Below are positions 40,972-51,200 of a stretch of DNA of 64,000 nt, piece by piece. The position numbers and the translations under genes were made by a program. The DNA is from Antedon mediterranea (taxonomy: Eukaryota > Animalia > Echinodermata): the NCBI RefSeq assembly GCF_964355755.1, contig NC_092670.1, positions 26,522,795 through 26,586,794 on the forward strand, written 5' to 3'. Below the pieces are notes generated by a model. The model had not been told where the DNA came from. It was given only the letters and a program-made list of their open reading frames with translations, and made no database searches. Each line of letters starts with the position of its first letter. The stretch's first letter is position 1.

Positions 40972-41996
40972 GCTAAATTCGCAAACGGTATGCGAGAAAC
41001 ATGTCTGTAAAATCATCAATTTAAGGATTTATTTGTTACTTTTTATGTGATTCTTCTTCATAAAAGTACTTATGAGGCCCAATTTTAAGGTGTGGTATTC
41101 ACAATAAGTTGCTTAACAATTTGGAGTCAAAAGGAAGTCGAAATAAAAACAGGTGCGAAACGGAACTAGCGCCCAAAAGATAGTTTGTTGTTATAACATG
41201 GAGTAAACAAGCATTTACGTTTAAATAACTCTTACGGAGACCCAAACATAACAATAACAAACACTTCCGTGTAAATAGCTCTTATATAGAGCCGTGCTCA
41301 ATCAGGCAGAACGAGCAACTTCGCGCGCGCACATCATCACTGGATTTCATGTCATCATCCCATGACAACCGCGGGAGAATGATTACACGAACATTACAAC
41401 ATTGTACCAGGGAGTTGTTATTCAACTCCCTGATTGTACAACGAGCATGAGCTCGAGCATGCTTTCAATCTTAGCCGTAGATAGGCCTACACTCCACTCA
41501 CCATTTAGAGGGCGTTAGGAGCCAAAATTTACTATATTAAAAGTTAATAACTTCAATCAACTACTGGATTGATTATAGCCTACCTGGGCCTAGTTGGCGC
41601 TAATGCAGTTGTTTCTTATTATTATCACCATGGAGTAAGCTTTACTCCATGTTATCACAATATTATTCATTAGGCCCCAAGATGATTAAAACTTACGTTT
41701 GTGTCTCTTCTGATAGACCTATTAGGCCTAGAACACATTATGTTTGTGAGCGGACCAAAGATTTTATATAGCCGAAGCGGACATATTTTAGACAATTTTT
41801 TAATTATAGAGGGCGCGCTCTGCTGGGGAGCCACAGAGCCATATATATAAAGAGTTACGACATTGGATTATAGTCACGTGATATGCAGATCAAAATGTGT
41901 CAAACTTGTCTCCATTAATGCATGTAAAGTATAGGAGCAACAAAATACTTTACGAAAGCCTATTAGGGCCAACAAAAAAATAATATTGCTTTCACA

Positions 41997-42458
41997 AATT
42001 CGAAATAACGAATTATTAATTCGTTTTTTCGAATTATTAATTCGTTATTTCGAATTTATTTAAGTAATTTGAAATTTCGAATTAATAATTCGAAATTTCT
42101 CGAAATTTCGAATTATTTATTTCGTTATTTCAAATTATTAATTCGAAATTTCGAATATTAATTCGAAATTTCGAATTATTAATTCGAAATTTCGAATTAT
42201 TAATTCGAAATTTCGAATTAGTAATTCGTTATTTCGAATTCATAATTCGAAATTTCGAATTAGTAATTCGAAATTTCGAATTAGTAATTCGTTATTTCGA
42301 ATTAATAATTCGAAATTTCGAATTAGTAATTCGTTATTTCGAATTAATAATTCGAAATTTCAAATTAGTAATTCGAAATTTCAAATTAGTAATTCGTTAA
42401 TTCAAATTTTTAATTCGTTATTTCGAATTAATAATTCGAAATTTCGAATTAATAATTT
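41997..42458. repeat. Subterminal palindromic tandem array (AATTCGAAATTTCGAATT variants); shorter inverted copy at ~47290-47481
   Basis: Direct reading; ~21-bp period. Confidence 0.9.
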
Positions 42459-42525
42459 GACCTCTGCCCTTTCTAATGACATCCCAACCATCCCGGATTA
42501 CTTTAGCTAATGCAATCTGGTCACC

Positions 42526-43338
42526 ATGCGTCCTGAAAACCATTGGATTAGATTATATTTCAATCGTAGCTTAAATTATCAAGAGATTATTGAAATGTTA
42601 GCAGAAGATCATGATATTTTGATAAGTAAACGAACATTAAAGCGAAGGCTGAAAAAAATGTGCCTTAGTCGAAGAAAACGGCATTCTGACGAACTGGAAG
42701 TCGCTGCGTTCATTGAAAGTCAATTACAGACGTCAGGGATGCTACATGGGTACAGGTGGAGGCACATTCGTTGCACACAAAATGGGTTAAACATAGATAA
42801 AGAGACGGTCAGAATAATTTTAAACCTTCTTGACCCAGAGGGTGTCGAAGCAAGAAGAAGACGACGACTACACAGAAGAATTTATCATGTACCTGGCCCA
42901 AACTATATCTGGCATATCGACTCGTACGACAAACTTAAGCCATACGGCATTTGTATAAATGGCTGTATAGACGGATTCTCTAGACACATAATATGGCTAG
43001 AAGCTTACTTTACTAGCAGCAATCCAAAAGTTAAAGCCGGCTATTACGTAAATTCTGTTCGCCAAAAAATGGGTTGTCCAAAGTCTATTAGAACAGATTT
43101 CGGAACTGAAAATTCTATTGTTGGTCCAATGCAACAATTTCTTTGTAATGAGAACAGCAGTTTTATACAAGGAACAAGTCAGCATAATCAACGAATTGAG
43201 AGTTGGTGGGGCATTCTCAGAAAACACTTTACTCAGTTTTGGATGGACGCCTTTAAACAACAAAAGAATGACGGTAGATATGATGGAGGTCTTATAGACA
43301 AATCTTTATTACAATTTTGTTTTATGAAAATTATCCAG
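42526..43338 (+). CDS. IS3/IS481-type DDE transposase (IS3EU-like), exon 1 only; exon 2 missing from this arm
   Basis: N-terminal HTH-like ISKRTLKRRL, WHIDSYDKL...CIDGFSR, RTDFGTEN, NQRIESWW; CAG|GTAAGC donor at 43339. Confidence 0.8.
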
Positions 43339-43390
43339 GTAAGCAGTACAGCAATTACATTGTGTGCTATGCATTATAGTCCCCAAGTAC

Positions 43391-44650
43391 TACGCGATAA
43401 AGCTACGACGCTATATAGTAAGAACCTGTTACATATATACTGACAATAATCCATTGACCTATGTATTGACCACGGCCAAACTTAATGCTACGGGACACCG
43501 CTGGGTAGCAGAATTAGCGGATTATCATTCAGATAAAATATAGACCAGGTCGAATACATCAGGATGCCGACACCTTGTCAAGAATCCCGCTTGATCTAAA
43601 ACAATTGGAAAAGTTGTGTTCGGAAGAAATATCTGAAGAGGTCATGCAAGCGGCAGTCCATGGTGTGAATGCTTAGGCAGAAGGCTTAACTACATGGTCA
43701 GATCATAGATCCAGATATTGAGAAACCCTTAAGACCCTTAATTAATAACCTCTGCCCAGAAGATATAAAGACAGTTCTAACACAAGATCCAGCCATTAAT
43801 AGAGTCCTAAAGTATAAGGCCAAGGGGCGCTGGCCAACTCGAAAAGAAAGAAAGAACGAGACCAAAACAAAAACGTCAATCATGCATGAGTGGAAACAAG
43901 CTGCAAGTTGGACATGATGGTATTCTCCGACGCTGCACCACAACACGTTCTCAGATCGTCCTTCCAGAAAAATACAAACAGTTAGTATACACAGAATTGC
44001 ATAGTAACATGGGACAACTTGGTCCAGAACGAGTTGTACATATGGCACGAGAGGGGTTTTATTGGCCACATATGGAAGCAGAAATAGAGGATTACATCAC
44101 ATCTGCCGATGTCTGATCCAGAAGAAACCAGTTCGTATAACCAGAGCTCCTTTAGTCAATATCATTACGACTCAACCCTTTGAACTTGTTTCTATCGATT
44201 ATGTACACTTGAAAAAGAGCAAAGGCGGATATGAGTATATTTTAGTAATTATGGACCACTTTACTCGATTTGCGCAAGCATATCCGACAAGGAATAAGAG
44301 CGGTAAAATTGCAGCCAACTTAATCTTCAATGACTTTATACTGCGATTTTGATTTCCAAAGACATTGCACCATGACCAGGGTCGGGAATTTGAAAATCAC
44401 TTATTTACCAATCTTGAAGCTTACTCTGGGATCTAACATTCACGTACCCCACCTTATCACCCTCAAGGCAATGGCCAAGTGGAAAGGTTAAATCGAACGT
44501 TGCTTGGAATGTTACGAACCTTGTCCGAAAACCAGAAGGACAACTGGAAGGAATCACTCAATAAAGTTGTGCATGCTTATAACTGCACTCGCCATGATTC
44601 AACAGGGTACTCACCATTTTATCTACTCTACGGCAGACCTCCTTGTCTAC
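43391..44650 (+). mobile_element. pol: Gypsy RNase H-integrase fragment without LTRs, inside the IS3EU-like unit
   Basis: [33 protein letters not shown]...[36 protein letters not shown]; frameshifted. Confidence 0.9.
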
Positions 44651-44977
44651 CTTGAGATACCCCCCCCCCCCCTCAATCCTTCGGGCTGAGAATGAATATC
44701 CAAAGTAAAATTAGGTATCCCCAGGGCTCGAAACGAAACGATACAATACCGTATTTCCTTACAGTTATATAATATAGCCCTTCGAGAGAGAAACAAGGTT
44801 GTGTGTATTCACGAACAAACTTTACCTTGAAGAACTATACCGCTATACCCTATTTGTAATTCCTTGTACCAAAACGAAAGTATGCTAATAAGAGCGGTGA
44901 AAGGGTAAATGGTAGACGAAAAAAGTATACATTTTTTATTTCATAATGTTTATCATTTTTATTTTTATGCATTTTAG

Positions 44978-45228
44978 ATAAAAAGACCAAGACATCCCTT
45001 GGAGACTTCCTAACATTTGTTACTGGTGCTGACTCAATTCCCCCTCTTGGTTTTAGCAACCAGATACATATAAAATTTTTTAGTAAGGAGCGAAAGATGA
45101 GAGGTCACCCGACAGCCAGTACATGTGGGTTGGATTTACACCTCCCCCGTGGATATGACGATCCATTGGAATTCACAACTCTAATGGAGGAAGCCATCAT
45201 AAATGGCAAGGGTTTTGGAAAACTTTAA
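44978..45228 (+). CDS. Terminal exon encoding a HECT E3 ubiquitin-ligase C-lobe (G2E3-like); upstream exons absent
   Basis: Pyrimidine tract + AG at 44976-77; open frame SLGDFLTFVTGADSIPPLGF...PTASTCGLDLHLP...FTTLMEEAIINGKGFGKL*, with catalytic Cys (45124-26) and Phe at -4. Confidence 0.85.
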
Positions 45229-45579
45229 AGATGTATTGTCCCCCAAAATCATGAAGAATAAAGATTTTTTAAATCTGACTTTGAATAGGCCATTTTGCAG
45301 TTTTAATGAAGTTGTTTCCATAAGAAAAAAAAACGAGAAAAAAAAATTATTTTACCTATAGAAAGACAAAACAGTTAAACAGTTAAATTACCCCAAAACT
45401 CATTGTCTTCCAGCCAATTTGACCATTTATTTGCTTTAAATTACAGTTTTCTTAATAGGTAAATAATTTTTTTTCAGACCCATTTTTTTGTGAAAGTGAA
45501 AAACTATTATGTGACATTAAAATAACATATTCAACAAAACAATTAAAAAAAAATATTTTTTCAGGGGGACAATATATCT
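45229..45579. mobile_element. Kolobok-like MITE family B
   Basis: AGATGTATTGTCCCCC / GGGGGACAATATATCT with TTAA TSD (45225-28, 45580-83). Confidence 0.85.
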
Positions 45580-45904
45580 TTAAATTATGATCAAATTTTA
45601 GTAGCCAACATTTTTGTAATTGTTTCAGAAATAAAATACTGTTATTAAAGTTTCAATAAACAAAATGTTGTTAAATTACATCTGTTTTACTGTATTGTAC
45701 AGCTACATAACACAATTCTGTCTGATCATCACCAACTGAACATATTAATATAAATAAATATAATTGTTTATATTGTATTCATTACATTGTGTTCGTTGCA
45801 ATTCTAACTTTGTATTGGAAATAATATCACAGCGACAATTAATTAATAAAAAAAACGATTTATAACATGATAATGTGATATCACGTGCTTGCTGTGGCAT
45901 TTGA

Positions 45905-47255
45905 TCAGATGACGTCAAGAAACATATTTCTAAGACTGCTGTATAACTGCAAACCTTCATCACATGTTTTCGGCATCGATAGCTGCCTTTTTTCCAAGAA
46001 TATGGAACATAAGTCGAACACGTCCTTATCGCATGGAATCTGGCTTTTGAAGATGGATTCACTTTCACAAACTTCAACTTTAGCCACATCAACGGGAATA
46101 ATACACTCTTGTCCCCCGAATAAGTATGGTACATTGTACATCAATGTCGGGCGTCCAAACGGACCATGGCTATTTCTCGATTTTGAGATGCGATGGGCAT
46201 TCCACTCATTTGCAACCGTGTCCAGTTCATCCTTTAAAAAAGGCAAATATAATACAGTACAGTAAAAACAAATAGTTTAATGACAGTTTAGACCGTGAAA
46301 AAAAAAACAATATCGTAAATAAAAGAGGAGTGATTTAATTCTAGGCTAATATTGTTTGCTTTTCAAATTGTTGCGAAAGCCCAAATTATTATTATAATTG
46401 TCGTACTTGGGGACTATAATGCATAGCACACAATGTAATTGCTGTACTGCTTACCTGGATAATTTTCATAAAACAAAATTGTAATAAAGATTTGTCTATA
46501 AGACCTCCATCATATCTACCGTCATTCTTTTGTTGTTTAAAAGCGTCCATCCAAAACTGAGTAAAGTGTTTTCTGAGAATGCCCCACCAACTCTCAATTC
46601 GTTGATTATGCTGACTTGTTCCTTGTATAAAACATACAAAGAAATTGTTGCATTGGACCAACAATAGAATTTTCAGTTCCGAAATCTGTTCTAATAGACT
46701 TTGGGCAACCCATTTTTGGCGAACAGAATTTACGTAATAGCCGGCTATAACTTTTGGATTGCTGCTAGTAAAGTAAGCTTCTAGCCATATTATGTGTCTA
46801 GAGAATCCGTCTATACAGCCATTTATACAAATGCCGTATGGCTTAAGTTTGTCGTACGAGTCGATATGCCAGATATAGTTTGGGCCAGGTACATGATAAA
46901 TTCTTCTGTGTAGTCGTCGTCTTCTTCTTGCTTCGACACCCTCTGGGTCAAGAAGGTTTAAAATTATTCTGACCGTCTCTTTATCTATGTTTAACCCATT
47001 TTGTGTGCAACGAATGTGCATCCACCTGTACCCATGTAGCATCCCTGACGTCTGTAATTGGCTTTCAATGAACGCAGTGACTTCCAGTTCGTCAGAATGC
47101 CGTTTTCTTCGACTAAGGCACATTTTTTTCAGCCTTCGCTTTAATGTTCGTTTACTTATCAAAATATCATGATCTTCTGCTAACATTTCAATAATCTCTT
47201 GATAATTTAAGCTACGATTGAAATATAATCTAATCCAATGGTTTTCAGGACGCAT
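45905..47255 (-). CDS. IS3EU-like transposase, two exons (47255-46455, 46231-45905), with a locally frameshifted catalytic segment
   Basis: GT donor at 46454-53, AG acceptor at 46233-32; spliced reading FMKIIQ|DELDTVANEWNAHRI...GRP; the RTDFGTEN segment is replaced by an out-of-frame peptide. Confidence 0.8.
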
Positions 47256-48544
47256 GGTGACCAGATTGCATTAGCTAAAGTAATCCGGGATTCGAAATTT
47301 CGAATTAATAATTCGAAATTTCGAATTAATAATTTGAAATAACGAAATAAATAATTCGAAATTTCGAATTAATAATTCGAAATTTCGAATTATTAATTCG
47401 AAATTTCAAATTACTTAAATAAATTCGAAATAACGAATTAATAATTCGAAAAAACGAATTAATAATTCGTTATTTCGAATTTGTGAAAGCAATATTATTT
47501 TTTTGTTGGCCCTAATAGGCTTTCGTAATACTTTCAACTTTTTCTTATAATATTTAAAAAAATGTAATTGCACATTTTACGGTAAAATATCGACGTGCAC
47601 AGCGTACAGAAGTACTTGCGCCAAAGAATATTGCGCGCGCGTGCGCTAATACATTATAACGTTCTATTGATTGATTTTGGAACAAATCATCCCATAACTA
47701 CGTCCTATTAATAAAAATTATGTAATATTTTCAATTCATAATGCATGCTTTGATGACTAAATAAAATAATAATGTGTTGAGGATATATTTGTTAATATAC
47801 TGAAAAGGGTATGAACAATATTAAAATAATAAAGGCAAATTATTACAAATGAAATGATGAACGAGTCTCTGAATGTTAATAACGTTGGCGGCGCAGTTTG
47901 TGTAAAAAACACACAGAAAGCCATATACTGCATAAAAATAGGGGTGAATTTTTTTGTTTTTTGTATTGGTTCATTCTTTGATGTATCCTAACTTCCATGT
48001 AGGCCCTAGCATTTATTTGTTTGTTATTACAACAAATATATATATATTTTAACAAATCAATACCATTAATAAAATTATTTACTAAAATAAAAACGGAATC
48101 TAAGCGTTATTTCATTGACAACAAAATCTAAAAATAATGCATGAACTAATAGGAAAACGCTATACAAAAGAGACGCGCGCGCCCTCAGCGTGCGAATTCT
48201 TTGACACAAAAATGGCTTCTAATTTTCAATGTCGTAACTCTTTATATATATGGCTCTGGGGAGCCAGAGCAATTATATAAAGAGTTACGACATTGGATTT
48301 AAGTCACGTGATATGCAGATCAATTTGTGTCAAACTTGTCTCCGTTAATGCATGTAAAGTATAGGAGCAAGAAATTACTTTAAACTTTTTCTTATATTAA
48401 AAAAAATGTAATTGCACATTTTACGGTGGAATATCGACGTGCACAGCGTACAGAACCACTTGCGCCAAAGAATATTGCGCGCGCGTACGCTAGTACATTA
48501 TAACGTTCGATTGATTGATTTTGGAACAAAACATCCCATAACTA

Positions 48545-51200
48545 GGTAATTGTTCCTTCTAACCTAAAAATTCCCGACTCTACACAAGTTACCTCAGACA
48601 AACAGGTTATGGCTAACTTGATTAAAATTTATTGGAGTAACTTGGGTAATCAAACTGGTGTCAATACTTATAATGATATAGTTATCAATAGTCATGTTTC
48701 TGATGTTAGGGAAAATTATATAAATTATGTTAACGATGATCCACAAAAAGTACTGGATGATATAAGAATTTCATTTGAAGATGTTAAAAGTTCAATACTT
48801 CGTTCTAAAAACAATAAAGCACCTGGTGTTGATGGCATCACTAACGAATTGTTAAAGAACGGAGGTGACTGCCTTATTAGGTCACTTACATATCTTTTTA
48901 ACTATTTTGTTAAATCAGAGAAAATTCCCACCGAGTGGAATAAAGGGATCATTATACCTATCCATAAAAAAGGTAGCAAGAACGATTTAAATAACTATAG
49001 AGGTATCACATTATCATCATGTGTTGCTAAAATTTTCAATCGTATTATTTGTGATCGTATCTCAGAATTTCTTGAGAGTAATAGTATTCTTACGGAAATC
49101 CAGGGAGGCTTTAGGAAAAATCATAGATGTGAGGACCACATATTTACACTTAAAAGCATATTGGCTACGCGAAATGCGGAAAATAAGTTAACATACTTAG
49201 CCTTCCTGGACTTCGGTAAGGCTTTTGACACGGTTTGGCGTAATGGCCTTTTGTCAATAGCATGGAATACTGGTATCCGTGGTAAAGTCTGGAAAATTAT
49301 TGATCAAATGTAATGTTAAGTTTGGTGATATTGTAACTGATTATTTTGATGTCGATGAAGGGGTTAAGCAAGGCTGCGTATTATCACCGACCTTATTCTG
49401 TATTTTTATAAATGAACTCTCCAAAATGTTATATAATGAAAATGTCGGATGTCATACTTTAGGCACAAAAATTAGCTGTCTTTTTTGGGCTGACGACGTT
49501 GTCTTGATTGCTAAAGATGAAAATGATCTGGAGAAAATGTTATCTATCGCTGGAATTTTCTCAAAAAAATGGAAACTTAACTTTAATTATGACAAATCAA
49601 ATGTTGTGGTTGTTGGTAAACGTACTAATAAAACTAAACAATGGCCTCTTGTAAACCACTTCATCAAAGAAGTAGATTGTTACAAATACTTGGGAGTGAA
49701 TATTTCAAGAAACTTCTCCGAAAGTATACATGTTAATGATGTAGTTAGAAAAGGAAATAGATTAATTGGATATTATATCAAGTCCATTATTAATGAGCAA
49801 GAAGATTTTAATAGGATTTATTTTGGTAATATCTTGTGGAAAACTATAGCACTACCTTCAATTAACTATGCATGTGCAATATCAGCTTATAGTGCCAGTG
49901 ATTACAAAAAAATCGAAAACATTCAGCTACAAATGGCTAAAACACTACTAAAAGCACCGAGGAACACGCCATCATTGGTTCTGTTGGGTGACTTAGGATG
50001 GGATAGCATTGAAAATACCCATAATGAAATAAAAATTAAATATTTTGACAGGCTTATCAACTTAGAAGCCCATCGTTGGCCAAAGCTGCTGTTGCATGCA
50101 TTATTTACCTTGCATGACAATAATGTTAATATAAAATGGCGATGGTTAAACTCAATTAAAAGTATTCTGAATAATACTGGATTTAATCATGTATTTTCAA
50201 ATAACATACCTATAGATTCAGCATGGTTTAAATCTTTTAAGTGTGTTAATCGTCAAATGTATGAATTGGATTGGTTTAATAAAAGCTGTACCAAACCATC
50301 ATTATCACTTTATGTTAAATTAAAAAAAATGCCTGAGTTAGAAAATTATCTTACTGTTAAAACTGATTTTCATGGTGCTCAATTGAAATTTAAGGCAAGG
50401 TCAAATACTCTTCAACTTGAAAGTAGATTAAGTAAATGGGATATGAATAATACTGGTAATTGTATGTTATGTAAGGATGAACCTGAAGATTTATATCATT
50501 TTATGTTAAATTGTATAGTACTACAAGAAGTGCGAATTTCAGAATTTGAATGCTTGGAACAAAACCTTAATGATTCTGGTCTTTCAGATCTATGGAATTC
50601 ACTCCAGTTAAATAATTCAGAGGTTATCTTAATGATTATACTTGGTGGTGATTGTTCTGTTCTCATTCCAACAATGTCGATTAATATGGTAAACAAAGCC
50701 CATGACATTCTTGATAAATTCTGCAAATCATATCTTAAGAAAGCATGGGCCTTTAAACAACGTCTAACATTATCGAATGATTTTTTTAAATTTTTTATTG
50801 TATGTAAGTTGGTTTAGTTATCTTAATTCTGTTTACAGTCATCAAATAATTCACCACAGCTGAAATAATTTAATCTATGCTTTCCTGTTCATTGATGTCC
50901 CTAATTTGGGTTCCTATTGTTCCTTATTATTTTTGCTGGTAGACACTGTGTATCAAGAATGTGTATATCTTAACATAGATTCTAAGTACTGTATATTCCT
51001 TTGTTCATATACTAATTGATATGCTAATTTAGTGTCCAAGCTTATGTAGGTTGCATTTAATTGGTTTTAGTATTACAGTTTATTTTTAATTTGGTTTTAT
51101 CGAACTTCCGTTTTATCTGAGTATTATCTGTTTTAATCTAGTCTATCTTTATTTTTATACTCATATTTTTTATATTGTATGTTTAATTGTTTTAAGGATA
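48545..51200 (+). mobile_element. 5'-truncated RTE-X-like LINE ORF2 (RT plus C-terminal Cys/His finger) and 3' UTR; one frameshift near 49300
   Basis: KAPGVDG, NYRGITL, QGGFR, DFGKAFDTV, GVKQGCVLSP, WADD, YKYLG, CMLC...EDLYHFMLNC. Confidence 0.85.

Larger units (their letters stand above)
37803..41173. mobile_element. Merlin-like non-autonomous element with long TIRs and nested insertions
   Basis: GGCGCTAGTTCC.TTTCGCACCTG / CAGGTGCGAAACGGAACTAGCGCC; 8-bp TSD CAAAAGAT (37795-802, 41174-81). Confidence 0.8.
41951..47527. mobile_element. IS3EU-like composite/foldback DNA transposon
   Basis: TACGAAAGCC...GGCTTTCGTA termini, 6-bp TSD ATACTT; empty-site equivalent in MITE copy 2 (~48372-48385); arms 41951-43390 and 46403-47527 are inverted copies. 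Confidence 0.85.
41834..48258. mobile_element. P-superfamily-like MITE, copy 1 (host of the IS3EU-like unit)
   Basis: ~32-bp TIR CAGAGCCATATATATAAAGAGTTACGACATTG; 8-bp TSD GGGAGCCA (41826-33, 48259-66). Confidence 0.8.

Noticed and set aside
42526-43443. Bacterial IS3/IS481 element or contamination; the 305-aa ORF as a complete protein
   Set aside because: The sister copy has a GT-AG intron; the ORF tail reads through the intron into Gypsy sequence
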